The notes beneath the pieces were generated by a model. It made no database searches, had not been told where the DNA came from, and saw nothing but the letters and a program-made list of their open reading frames with translations. Positions 7,591 through 17,652 of a stretch of 23,356 nucleotides of DNA are shown one piece after another. Numbering within the stretch: the first letter of the stretch is position 1; each line of letters opens with the position of its first letter. The stretch covers positions 1-23,356 of the forward strand of contig JAUQYZ020000055.1 of NCBI GenBank assembly GCA_030587475.2, read 5' to 3'. Position numbers and translations under genes: made by a program. The stretch is from Candidatus Sigynarchaeum calidifontis (lineage in GTDB: Archaea; Asgardarchaeota; Lokiarchaeia; Sigyniarchaeales; Sigyniarchaeaceae).

Positions 7591-8172
7591 CTATAATAAA
7601 GCAAAGACCCATTCGATGTTGAGCAAGAGTAAGGCACAAGCACCGATACAAGCGACATCCACCACGATGCCGATGATTATGCGCAATATATTCAAGCCAG
7701 CCGGCTTCTTTTCCTTGAATTCCGCCACGTAGCCTGCTATTTTCCACGAGAGTACCCACGCGATGCAACTGCCGGCCGCGACCATCAAGCCGGGAATGCG
7801 GTACAAGTACCGGTCCGAGTCCGGATCCAGGATACCGAAGCGGAGAAGCACGATGCTGGTGATCGCTATCAAGGTTGGGACGACAAGGATGATCGCGTGC
7901 CATTGGAACATGCGGGATGGCCGCCACGTAACGAGGGTCGCGGGGAGCGTGAGCACGAGGTAAAACGCGCCGAACACGAGTAGCCCGGACTTGATGTAGA
8001 CTTGTCCCCACCACCAGTATTCTAGTGCCATGACGAGGATCCATGCCTCAACCGCCAGCACCGCTGCCGCCACCGCGCCGGTTTTCCAAGGGATTTCTTG
8101 CCCATCATCGAATATCCGGCGATGGAAATCCACGGGGAAAAAGATGGTTTTGAGCAAATTTCTCGTGGCCAT
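7591..8172 (-). CDS. Multi-pass membrane protein, possibly Yip1-like
   Basis: Start moved to ATG 8172, which overlaps the upstream TGA (TGATG). N-terminal LLKTIFFPVDFHRRI resembles Yip1 N-termini; about 5 TM helices. Confidence 0.6.
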   Translation of the reverse strand: MATRNLLKTIFFPVDFHRRIFDDGQEIPWKTGAVAAAVLAVEAWILVMALEYWWWGQVYIKSGLLVFGAFYLVLTLPATLVTWRPSRMFQWHAIILVVPTLIAITSIVLLRFGILDPDSDRYLYRIPGLMVAAGSCIAWVLSWKIAGYVAEFKEKKPAGLNILRIIIGIVVDVACIGACALLLLNIEWVFALL

Positions 8173-9245
8173 CAGAAGAGCGCCCCCCAGCCGTTGATGT
8201 TCCACGTGGCTTGCCGCTGCCCCGTTGCATAATCGTGGAAGACTTGCGCCGCGGGCTTCCAGCTCCCGTCGGGACGTAGCACGCCGAAATCCCGTTCCGA
8301 GAGGTTCCACGTGACAGTCGGAAACTCCCACAAGCACCATGCCATGATGCCATCGATGCCGTGGGCATCACATAATTCCAGCATAGCACGGTAAAAGTCA
8401 GCTTGGATTTCTTCAGTTATTCCCAAAGGCTCGTAGGTGGGCCAACCGAATTCTTGCACGATGACCGGCTTCCCAGTTGCATCGAACTGCTTGACATACG
8501 CGTCGAATTCTCGCTTCCATTGAGGTTCCGTGCGGGCGCGGTAGAAGTGCATACAGACCGCGTCGACGTCAGGCGCGTACGACCAGGGATCCTCGAAGTT
8601 TCCATATGCACCGCCCACGACGATGTAATGTTCGCTGTCCATGGCGCGTATCGTGGTGGTCAGGTTCTGCACCCACACCGCGAATTGCGTGCTGGTGACG
8701 CGCGTGCTTGATGGCTCGTTGCGTAAATCCCAGATGAACGAGCAGTTGTAGTCCTTGAGCAGGGGGATGAAGAGCTGGAGCTGGGCGACCTCCCGCGCGA
8801 TCAAGGCCGGGCTCGTGTACATCTCGTCTTGCGTGGTTTCGTTCAGTCCAGCCCATGCCGGGGCGCCGAAATCGAAAAACGAGAACATGACCGCCACGTT
8901 GGCGTTGCTGCACACCTGGAAAAACTGCTCGACGCGGCTTACGATGGTCATGTTGAACACGCCGAGGCTTGGCTCGACAAGCGGCCACTGGATGAACGTG
9001 CGGATGCAATTGCCGCCGAGCTGCTTCACGAGTGCCATGTCTCTAGCGAGCTCGGTTGCATTGAATTGCTCCCATGTCCCCGTCCAGGGATGCATGCACG
9101 GGTAATAATTGAACCCGATCGGGCGAAACGGGACGCCGTTCCATACAAATTCCGGAGCCGGCGTTGTGACGGCGGTGTACTCGGTCGTGATGGCCGTGAT
9201 GCTCGCGATGGCGGCGAACATTACGATGAAAAAGGTGGTTTTCAT
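8172..9245 (-). CDS. Secreted clan GH-A glycoside hydrolase (GH5-like, mannanase/cellulase type)
   Basis: Signal peptide MKTTFFIVMFAAIASI; GFNYYP, NCIRTF, WDLRNEP (acid/base Glu), HFY, KPVIVQEFG (nucleophile Glu), WCL. Start uncertain (9245-9338). Confidence 0.85.
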   Translation of the reverse strand: MKTTFFIVMFAAIASITAITTEYTAVTTPAPEFVWNGVPFRPIGFNYYPCMHPWTGTWEQFNATELARDMALVKQLGGNCIRTFIQWPLVEPSLGVFNMTIVSRVEQFFQVCSNANVAVMFSFFDFGAPAWAGLNETTQDEMYTSPALIAREVAQLQLFIPLLKDYNCSFIWDLRNEPSSTRVTSTQFAVWVQNLTTTIRAMDSEHYIVVGGAYGNFEDPWSYAPDVDAVCMHFYRARTEPQWKREFDAYVKQFDATGKPVIVQEFGWPTYEPLGITEEIQADFYRAMLELCDAHGIDGIMAWCLWEFPTVTWNLSERDFGVLRPDGSWKPAAQVFHDYATGQRQATWNINGWGALF

Positions 9246-9435
9246 AACGTTGGCCGCATCCAAGGTATCTCGTTCCGGCGTCATTTGCTTCATGAGGCAA
9301 TAATTGTCTCGAAAAGATTTGAACGTTGTGCAGAGCAACCGAAGGTGACCAATAACGAACGTAAAAGGCGATCACGAACGTGATTCCTACATTAAACAGT
9401 AAAAAACGAGGTATAAAGAAAATAGGAAGAAACCT

Positions 9436-10857
9436 TCATTCCAGCTCCACGACACCAGCGATGCCCATGCCCAGGCCGACACAGAGCGTGCCGAGGCCGA
9501 GCTTCCCCTTGCCCGCACCACCCATTGCTTCGAGCTGGTGCACGAGGGTGCCAAGGAGCCGGCAGCCCGTGGAACCGGTCGGGTGGCCAATGGCGATGGC
9601 ACCGCCCCACGGGTTGATGCGCTGATCAAAGTAATCGATACCAACATCTTTGCAGAATGCATACACGACCGTGCTGAATGCCTCGTTGACCTCGATGATG
9701 CTGATATCGTCCATCTTGAGCCCTTCACGCTTGAGGAGAGTCTTCGTCGCGACTTGGGGGCCGGTCAGCATCAAGACGGGGTCGCTGCCAACGATCGTTA
9801 TTGCCTTGATCCGCGCACGAGGCTTGAGGCCGAGCTGCAAAGCTGCTTCCCGGCGCGCGAGCAGCATTCCCGACGCGCCGTCGGACTCGGGGCAAGAATT
9901 CCCGGCGGTGAGCAACCATTTTTTCTGGATCCCGGGCATCTTGGCCATCATCTCCATAGTTGTCTTGGAGCGCATGCCCTCGTCGATGTTATAGTCGAAA
10001 TACTTCACGTTGTCGGCGAGCTTTCCTTGGAGCCCGAGCTTGTCCTTCCACACGTCCCATGCGGGATAATCGTTCTCCGCAAGGAGTAACTTGCATTTTC
10101 CGTCCTTCACAGACGAGCGCAAGCCGGGGCGCACCTCGACGGACTTGTTCGGTTCCCCTTCAATTGTACCGAGGTAGGGCACCTTGATCGTGATGTTCTC
10201 CTTGTGGCGAATCTCGGCGTGCTTGACCGCTTTCTCGTGCGACCAGAGGCTGAACTTGTCGAGCTGTTCCCGGGGCGCATTGTATAACTTGCCGATCATC
10301 TCCGCGCCAGGTATCTGCCCTGCCATGACGCCTTGCTTGGTCCTATCAAAGGGATCCGTGATATGTGGGTTGAGTGCAATGCTTGGATGGGGAGCACTCC
10401 GTATCACGTTACCATCCCTGTCAACCCAGATCATGTCCTGGCCAATCGGCATGGTGCTCTGCTGCTCCATTCCACCGCAAATCACGAAATCGAAATAGCC
10501 CGACTTGATCTCGCCGATACCGGTGCTTATCGCGGTCATTCCAGATGCACACTGGCGATTTAGCGACATGCCGGGCACTTCAATCGGGAAATGTGCTGCC
10601 AGGGGTGCGGTCCTGCCGAGCGTGAGTGCCGATGTGCCTATCTGGCTGTTGCAGCCCCAGATCGAGTCGACCTTGAAGTCCTTGGCCAAGTTATCCAAGT
10701 TGTCCTTGAATTTCGGGTTCCGGTCGCGGAGCGCCTTGATCAACTCGACGACCATCGTGTCGGAACGGATGCCGGAAAGGCTTCCATCCTTGTAGCCTAT
10801 TCCTGTGCGTACATAGTCAACGATTACAACATCAGAAAGATCAGTTTTTCCAACCAT
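9436..10857 (-). CDS. Thiolase (acetyl-CoA C-acyltransferase family)
   Basis: NRQCASG (catalytic Cys), NEAF, GGAIAIGHPTG and LCVGLGMG motifs. Start at 10857 or 10869. Confidence 0.95.
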   Translation of the reverse strand: MVGKTDLSDVVIVDYVRTGIGYKDGSLSGIRSDTMVVELIKALRDRNPKFKDNLDNLAKDFKVDSIWGCNSQIGTSALTLGRTAPLAAHFPIEVPGMSLNRQCASGMTAISTGIGEIKSGYFDFVICGGMEQQSTMPIGQDMIWVDRDGNVIRSAPHPSIALNPHITDPFDRTKQGVMAGQIPGAEMIGKLYNAPREQLDKFSLWSHEKAVKHAEIRHKENITIKVPYLGTIEGEPNKSVEVRPGLRSSVKDGKCKLLLAENDYPAWDVWKDKLGLQGKLADNVKYFDYNIDEGMRSKTTMEMMAKMPGIQKKWLLTAGNSCPESDGASGMLLARREAALQLGLKPRARIKAITIVGSDPVLMLTGPQVATKTLLKREGLKMDDISIIEVNEAFSTVVYAFCKDVGIDYFDQRINPWGGAIAIGHPTGSTGCRLLGTLVHQLEAMGGAGKGKLGLGTLCVGLGMGIAGVVELE

Positions 10858-11144
10858 GTTCACGATCACTCAAAACGGGTTTGTTTTTTGGATAGCAAGA
10901 ATCACTCCTATCAAGAATCATGTCCTCGATTACCGAGGAGGATGAATGATGTTTTTCTTGAAACCTTTAATACCTTTAACTTTGTTTTTTGATGCGGCTT
11001 GGGGGCTTGTTTATTTTTCTGATGCGCGAAAATGGAAAGTCAAGATACACTTTTCGCCGGAAACGCGCGGAAAAAACGTCGAGAATGATCCGGACTCCTC
11101 GCATGAACGGACCCGCAAATTAAACAGGCGATATTACTTCAACT

Positions 11145-13004
11145 TTAAGCAAACCGGAATTCCAGGATCGAGATGGCCCCAGGATCGAGTACCACGTTAA
11201 TCACGGGTGCCGAGGCCGAGCCCGGATATCCCTTGGTCCAGAGCACGCAGTCATCTATCCAATTCGTCACGCTTTGGAGGCTCGTCCCCGCGGGGAATGT
11301 CTTCGCGAGGAAAGCGTCGTTCAGCTGGATCGTGACTGCCCTTGCCTGGCTGGCATCGACAGCGGGTGCCTTCCTCGGTTCCTTCGTGATCCCGTCGTTA
11401 TTGATCAACGTGAGCACCCAGCCCTTGTCGTTCCGGTTGACCATTTGTTGAATGCTCGCCCTCGCCCCGTACACGGACTGGCCGTTTCCCAGCAAGCTGC
11501 CGGTCTTCACGACGAACGGCGAGATCAAGCCCGCGAGTTCACGCAGCATCGGCCGGATCCGGGTGGTGTCATAGTCTGGACCGAATAAAACGAAATTGCC
11601 ACCACTTGAACCGAAGGGGAGCACTTTCACATGCTGTAGAAATGGCAGCTCGAGCACGGCATCGTGGCCCCGCGCCAGCAAGGCCGCGTTCAGGGCCTGG
11701 AAATAAGCCGAGTTGACGAACAACGTGCCGCCGTTTTCGACATACTTCACCAGCCTCTCGGCATCGCTATCCCGCAAGACGATCTCGCCGCTCATGAAAA
11801 TCACGGGATACGAGGCAAGAACGCTGGACGAGGCGTTCTGCAATAGCACGTCGAACATGTCGCCAAACTCGTTATTAACAAGTGCCCATTGCTCGTTCTC
11901 GGGCGAATCCCAGCAAGACGGGAATATCGTGTCTAAAAGGTGAAAGGTCATCATGTCCGCCACGTTGTACGGGAACGTGTTAAAGGCCCTTGGCGACCCG
12001 GATAGAATGCCGTTTGACCCGTGAAGCTCGTCGATGAGGATGCCGACGGGGGTGTATGGGATGCCCCGATCCGGGTGGCTCGCTGCGAAGTGCGCGAAAT
12101 CGCGCCCAACCTCACCGAGAGGCGTGAGCGGGAACAAACCATAGGGGTCAGGATTCTTGTAAAAAAAGTTCGCGCAGCCACCTTCCGCTATCACCCGGCT
12201 CGTGCCTGCCATGTATGCCATGTAATAACTGCGCTGGAACAGGCTTAGCGAGTGCCCGCACGTCGGGCCCCCTTGGTCACCCCACGTGGAAGGAACGTTG
12301 TAGTCCGTGATGGTACCAGACATCCAGGCCGAGAAGTCGACAAACCAGGGCAGGTGGTACTGCCGCGCGGCGCCCCGATTGAACGCCATCATCAATTGGT
12401 AATTGTCGATGTTTTCACCAATTTCGCTACCGATCGCATCGAAGCCAAACTCGGCTGCGTAGTGGTGGTACGGGTAGTGCCCGTTGAACGAGATCCAAGG
12501 CCTCGTGCCATTTTTCAAGTGTTCCGTGAAATTGATCACGTAATTGCGCATGTACGTGTAGGCTTCCCGCTTGGAGGCGGGCGGCGTGGGATACCCGCCG
12601 TAATGCGCCACGCCTGCCCCGTCCAGTGCCCCGCCCGTGAGATGGTGGAACGAGTACCCCCACTCGCCCCATGCCGTCGCGTTCGCCTTGAACCAGTCGG
12701 TCGTGCCCATCGTGTAGTTGTTGACCGAGTAGGTCACGTTCGGCCGCAAAGGGTTGGATGGATCGTAGGTCTCGACCTCGAATACGAAGCTGGTGTTCTT
12801 GAAGTGTGGTACGACCCAGCGGCTCGCGTTGAGCACCAGGTAGTCCGTGGTGATGTTTATGTCCAGCCCGTCGAGGTAATTGGTCTCGACGAACTGGAAA
12901 TGGTAGTATGTTGTCAACAACGGGGCCTGGATCACCAAAATGATGGATCCTATGATCAAGATGCGGTCGATTCTAGCCTTTCTGGATGTTCTTTTCGGCG
13001 GCAT
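11145..13004 (-). CDS. Membrane-anchored/secreted glycoside-hydrolase-like protein of unknown family
   Basis: Basic N-terminus plus one TM/signal helix; aromatic-rich core with GSEIGE and IAEG; segment YPVIFMSGE..LVKYVENGGTLFV resembles the GH42 trimerisation-type domain; beta-sandwich-like C-terminus. Confidence 0.55.
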   Translation of the reverse strand: MPPKRTSRKARIDRILIIGSIILVIQAPLLTTYYHFQFVETNYLDGLDINITTDYLVLNASRWVVPHFKNTSFVFEVETYDPSNPLRPNVTYSVNNYTMGTTDWFKANATAWGEWGYSFHHLTGGALDGAGVAHYGGYPTPPASKREAYTYMRNYVINFTEHLKNGTRPWISFNGHYPYHHYAAEFGFDAIGSEIGENIDNYQLMMAFNRGAARQYHLPWFVDFSAWMSGTITDYNVPSTWGDQGGPTCGHSLSLFQRSYYMAYMAGTSRVIAEGGCANFFYKNPDPYGLFPLTPLGEVGRDFAHFAASHPDRGIPYTPVGILIDELHGSNGILSGSPRAFNTFPYNVADMMTFHLLDTIFPSCWDSPENEQWALVNNEFGDMFDVLLQNASSSVLASYPVIFMSGEIVLRDSDAERLVKYVENGGTLFVNSAYFQALNAALLARGHDAVLELPFLQHVKVLPFGSSGGNFVLFGPDYDTTRIRPMLRELAGLISPFVVKTGSLLGNGQSVYGARASIQQMVNRNDKGWVLTLINNDGITKEPRKAPAVDASQARAVTIQLNDAFLAKTFPAGTSLQSVTNWIDDCVLWTKGYPGSASAPVINVVLDPGAISILEFRFA

Positions 13005-13153
13005 GTGCTTCACGCTCCGCGCTGGCGTTTGCATAGAAAAGATAGTACCTTCCGGGTTTATTCACCTTTCGGCGGTTCATCGTGAATGCGAACCTAACAC
13101 GACGATCTCGCGAGAAATGGAACCTCCGAAAGAAAAAGAAAGAAAATCGCGGG

Positions 13154-16100
13154 TTAAAACTTGAGCCCGCAGCCGCGGCAATACACGCTGCCTTCCGGCG
13201 ATCGTTCCTTGCATTGCTTGCATTCGATCGTCCTTTCGATGATGGAGGTCGTTCCAGCGAAGGTGGCACCGCATGCCGTGCAGTGCTGGCTCTCGAACAG
13301 GTTCGTGGCTTTGCACTGGGGGCACGTCTTGGTTTTCTCGATGATCCACGACCTCAGCGCGTCCTTCACGGTCGACTTGCTCGACACGATGGCCGTGCCC
13401 AATAAGAACACGCCGAGCCAGCCGATGACGAATGGCAGCAAGATGAGCATGCCTTGTTCCGCGTAGCGGCCGATCTGGGTCGTCGAGATCACGGCAAATG
13501 AAACGGTCACGAGGAAGATGAATATCTTGAGCGCGACGTTCGACGCGAGTTTTGAAACGGTCTCCTCCTTTTGCTGCCAGATCACCTTCCAGCTTTCCCC
13601 CGACACCCGGGCGAGCTCTAGCCGCTTGAGGACGTTCTTCAAATCGTGATAGCTCGTGAATAAAATGAGGGCGACCGACGTTATGACGGGCGTGACGAGC
13701 GACAAGTATAGCCGGGGGATGGAAATGGGACCGATGGTGAACGTCTGCTTGACGACGTAGTAGTTGAACCATTCAACGAGCGGCGCCGCGAGGATGAAGA
13801 CCACGAGGACCACGATGATGAGGGCCACGTGAACCCCGGCGAGGAGGTTTTTAGGACGTTTATCGATGTAGATGGAATCGCTGGCATCGATGTTCACCCG
13901 TTCCATAAACGCGAGGGAAGCGAGGAGCAATCCGACAGCGGAAACGACCAGGGCAAGCCCGCCGTTCCCGAGAACGTAGGTAGCAAGGATACCCGCGAGG
14001 ATACATGCTAGCGTGCCGATCGTCATGACGTTGTACATGAGCCGACCCCGCCCGAGCCCCTTTGCCTCGGCCATCGATGCGCGCTGCTTTCGCGCCGCGG
14101 CCAATGCCTTTTTGAATTGCTTGCTCGATGATGCTTGCACGGACGAACTCTCGACTTTCCCATAGGTCTCGAGCATATGTATGAAACGTGCCTGGACGCG
14201 GCTCGTGGTCGAACGTTTTCCTTGCGTCTGGATCACGCCGAGCATCAAGCCGAAGGAAAGTGAGATGAGCACGACGATAACGTTCCATGGGTACTCTATG
14301 GAGAACGATGGAAAAGCCGGAATGTACGTATACAAGAGCGGGTTGCCATCGACCGAGTCGATAATCACGACGTTCCCGGCATGGTCCGTCACGACGAAAT
14401 AAAAGGATATCTCATGATCCGGGAATGCAGGAATGATATACACGAAGCAAGTGCCATTGAATGTCATGTTAAAGGTTTTGTATCCAGACACGTCGTATTG
14501 ATAATATATTTCAACCGTGTAGTCGACAATACCAGTGCCATTGGCAAGAGCGACAGTTTGTGGCCTTGATGGCCTCATCTGGTCGAGCCGCGGCATCACG
14601 AGGTGAACATGAGGGAGGCTGTTATCGACCGTGCACGTGCCCCATTTTTTCATCGAGTTACCAGCTGTATCGGTCATGATCGCGCTGACGTTATAGATCC
14701 TTTCGTCGCAGTTCGATCCCCACATGTCTAGGCCGTTCCACGTTACTGTCTTGTTCATTTCACCCATCACGGAGCCCCGGAAATGTGCTTCCGTGGCCGT
14801 GAAGGAAAACAAGTACACGTCCCTGTTCTGCCGGGCGGCGGGGGACCGGCTATAAACATAGAAAATGTCTCCTCGCGGTGAACGACCACTACGCATGTCC
14901 TGATGGGTCACATAAGGGGGAGAGTTAAAATCCCCCTCTTGCACATCATCGAGCATAATGGTCTTGCGGACCGCCCAAGATATGCCAAGATCTTGTGATT
15001 GCAGCCAAGCAATCTTGGCAGTCGCGTTGATGATCAAGACGAGGGATTGCATCGTCCCGTTGGGGAGGATATCGAGGGTAAGCCCACGAAGGTACCGCCA
15101 ATCCCAGCCAGCAGACATGTACCCGTTCATGGACCATGTTGCACCCCAGTCACCCGATTGCCACAATTGTGCCGTGGTGTTCACGTACATATAAGAACCT
15201 GTTGCGTTCTCGGTCATCAAGTAAAGTATATTGCTCCCTTCATTGAAAGCGAGGTTTACAGGACGATCCATAGTCCACATGTCGCTGCCAGTCTCTGTAA
15301 ACACGATGACAGGGGTTGAAAAGGTGGTTCCACCATCGCTCGATCGCTTGATCTCGGCTTGCCTCACGCCCCAGGCAAGAGCATACCGGTAATATGCAAC
15401 GAAGAGGGTTCCATTGTTAGTGATCACGATATCGGGATTCTTGTAAAAATCCGATCCTGTTGGTTGCGCATTAGTTATGTTAACCGGTTCATTCCATGTC
15501 TTGCCCAGATCCGTGCTTTTGACCAGGAATAGATCAATCCGAGCGCTGTTCCCCCACTCGTCATATCGAAGCCGCGAGAACACGATGAAGATCGTTTTCC
15601 CGCGAATAGCAATCGTGGGCGAATCGTCTCCACCAAACCCTTCCGAAAGAGGCGCGAGCAAGCTTGGCGCGGACCATGACAGGCCATAATCGTCGGAATA
15701 TTTCAAATAAACACCCTTCACTTGATCTTGGTAGCTGGCATAGGTGCACCAAAGGCGGGCATTGTTGTCCATGGCAACATCGGCGTGAAAATCGATGGCA
15801 TCGTTCGTCGTGACACGCGTCTCGGGTCGAATCTTTTGGAAACCATCAATGAAAATATTATAGTCACCATCCGCCGTTGTGCTCAGCGAGATGTCGGTAG
15901 TGTCTTTCATACCCGGCGATGCACGGGGAGAAAAAAAAGGATTGCTTATCGTGAGAACGATTCCCGGGCCAGCGTTATCCACCTTGACAACTGCCACGGA
16001 TGGTAAAGGATACACGACGTGTGAAGCATTCTCGATAAAAACCCTAACGATATATATTCCGTCACGGACGATCTTCCCGAGTTCATCTCGACCGTTCCAG

Positions 16101-17470
16101 GTGAATGATTGCACCATATTTGCTTGCATTGCAAGATCACGCGCAAATGCCACGATCCTCGGCCGTAAAAAGAAAGACGAAGCGTAGGTGTAAAACTCCA
16201 TAGATTGCCCTATGTGGTTCCCCGCGAGTGCGGATGTAAAGGTCAACGATGTGTTTCCATCCCCAAGGTATTTATAATCAAGGCTGTAAATATCCGATTG
16301 CACGGAATAAGCGCGATAGAGCGTGAAATTTACCCAGTTCATGCCATTATCGGTGGATAGCAGGGTATAGATACGGGTCCGGTTGAAGACCATCACGGCA
16401 TCGACTCGCCCGGATCCATCAAAGATCATCTGGAACTGGCGGGATTCATGGCCGATTATGGTCGGGGAAACGAGAGGATCAATCGGAATCCCGCGAGACG
16501 CGTCGATTTTAACAGGAGTATCCCATGTTGCCCCAAAGTTGATCGACGTGCATAGCATGTAATCGCCGATGCCAGATTCTTGCGCATACCACATGCAAAG
16601 GACAATGCCGGATGTTGAAACCGCGATTGCGGGAGATGTGAAGAAGACGGAGCCGGGGTTCATGTCCAATTTTGTAATGACGAGATCTTGTCCGTTGTTT
16701 CTTATTTTCAGGAAATACGCGCAATTAGAGGAACCATTATTGCTAGTTACCGCTGCGAGTATTTCCGAGTTGTTACCAGAAAGTGCCATGTCAAATGTTA
16801 GACTATATATATTGCTGAAAATATTTACTTCGTTCAAGAGAGTCCAATTGATTCCATCGAATGATTTAAAGAACCGGAGAGATCTAAGGGTGTAAGGATT
16901 CGACGGGGCGCACACGGTCCCAAGGATATAGCTATTCTCTGAGGAGTTAAATGCAAGATCCAAATACCGATAAGAGGCGCCGTTATGGAAATACCCGAGA
17001 TAATAATCGGAAAGGTTTGTCTCGACCGGATTGGTCCATGTCAAGCCAAGATCGGTCGATTCCCGGGCGTATACCTTGTACTCGAAGTGATTTATGGCAT
17101 ATTCGATGTTCAACGAATTGAGCATGAGCAGCTTGCTCGAGCTACCGGCGACCGATGTGTACCGGCTCCGGGCATCGATTTGCCTTGCATCCTCCTCGAT
17201 CGTGTAATTATATGATCCGTTCGAGGAAGGCGTGAATGTTAAATCGACGACATCATCGATCCCATCGTTATTCAATGGCGAGATGACGGGGGTGCTGGCA
17301 ATCAACCCGCTCGTGAAACCGGGGATGCCATTTGCCTCTATCTTGCCAGAAACGAGTTTTCCCTTGGCTGCGATGGGAAGAACGGGATGTGCTGTCGTGG
17401 CGACTATTGTGATGGCGATATTCAAGATGATAGCGGCTTGTATGCCGAACCGAGCTAAATGACGCGTCAT
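13154..17470 (-). CDS. Giant receptor-like protein A: signal peptide, 2x (FlgD-type Ig with inserted Asp-box propeller), Ig, 7 TM, double zinc ribbon
   Basis: About 9 SxDxGxxW Asp boxes; ISPLNNDGIDD...WNGRDELG..DGIY; seven hydrophobic segments between about 14290 and 13385; C-terminal CPQC..CTAC..CKQC..CRGC. Confidence 0.85.
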   Translation of the reverse strand: MTRHLARFGIQAAIILNIAITIVATTAHPVLPIAAKGKLVSGKIEANGIPGFTSGLIASTPVISPLNNDGIDDVVDLTFTPSSNGSYNYTIEEDARQIDARSRYTSVAGSSSKLLMLNSLNIEYAINHFEYKVYARESTDLGLTWTNPVETNLSDYYLGYFHNGASYRYLDLAFNSSENSYILGTVCAPSNPYTLRSLRFFKSFDGINWTLLNEVNIFSNIYSLTFDMALSGNNSEILAAVTSNNGSSNCAYFLKIRNNGQDLVITKLDMNPGSVFFTSPAIAVSTSGIVLCMWYAQESGIGDYMLCTSINFGATWDTPVKIDASRGIPIDPLVSPTIIGHESRQFQMIFDGSGRVDAVMVFNRTRIYTLLSTDNGMNWVNFTLYRAYSVQSDIYSLDYKYLGDGNTSLTFTSALAGNHIGQSMEFYTYASSFFLRPRIVAFARDLAMQANMVQSFTWNGRDELGKIVRDGIYIVRVFIENASHVVYPLPSVAVVKVDNAGPGIVLTISNPFFSPRASPGMKDTTDISLSTTADGDYNIFIDGFQKIRPETRVTTNDAIDFHADVAMDNNARLWCTYASYQDQVKGVYLKYSDDYGLSWSAPSLLAPLSEGFGGDDSPTIAIRGKTIFIVFSRLRYDEWGNSARIDLFLVKSTDLGKTWNEPVNITNAQPTGSDFYKNPDIVITNNGTLFVAYYRYALAWGVRQAEIKRSSDGGTTFSTPVIVFTETGSDMWTMDRPVNLAFNEGSNILYLMTENATGSYMYVNTTAQLWQSGDWGATWSMNGYMSAGWDWRYLRGLTLDILPNGTMQSLVLIINATAKIAWLQSQDLGISWAVRKTIMLDDVQEGDFNSPPYVTHQDMRSGRSPRGDIFYVYSRSPAARQNRDVYLFSFTATEAHFRGSVMGEMNKTVTWNGLDMWGSNCDERIYNVSAIMTDTAGNSMKKWGTCTVDNSLPHVHLVMPRLDQMRPSRPQTVALANGTGIVDYTVEIYYQYDVSGYKTFNMTFNGTCFVYIIPAFPDHEISFYFVVTDHAGNVVIIDSVDGNPLLYTYIPAFPSFSIEYPWNVIVVLISLSFGLMLGVIQTQGKRSTTSRVQARFIHMLETYGKVESSSVQASSSKQFKKALAAARKQRASMAEAKGLGRGRLMYNVMTIGTLACILAGILATYVLGNGGLALVVSAVGLLLASLAFMERVNIDASDSIYIDKRPKNLLAGVHVALIIVVLVVFILAAPLVEWFNYYVVKQTFTIGPISIPRLYLSLVTPVITSVALILFTSYHDLKNVLKRLELARVSGESWKVIWQQKEETVSKLASNVALKIFIFLVTVSFAVISTTQIGRYAEQGMLILLPFVIGWLGVFLLGTAIVSSKSTVKDALRSWIIEKTKTCPQCKATNLFESQHCTACGATFAGTTSIIERTIECKQCKERSPEGSVYCRGCGLKF

Positions 17471-17652
17471 AGTGTGAATATGGATTTCATCAAGAAAAGC
17501 CCATTCCCCAGTCCCATTAGTTTCCCTTGATGCATTGCCAAACTCAAAGCATGGACTCGTGTACTTTTTTCACGCAATCGTGCAATTCGGAGAACACATT
17601 ATAAATTTCTAAAAAAAGGAATAATATATCGGAATTATCACGATAAATACTA

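Noticed and set aside
10963-10979. Tandem ACCTTTAA repeat upstream of the thiolase
   Set aside because: Only two 8-bp copies in an AT-rich promoter region; too weak to call a binding site.
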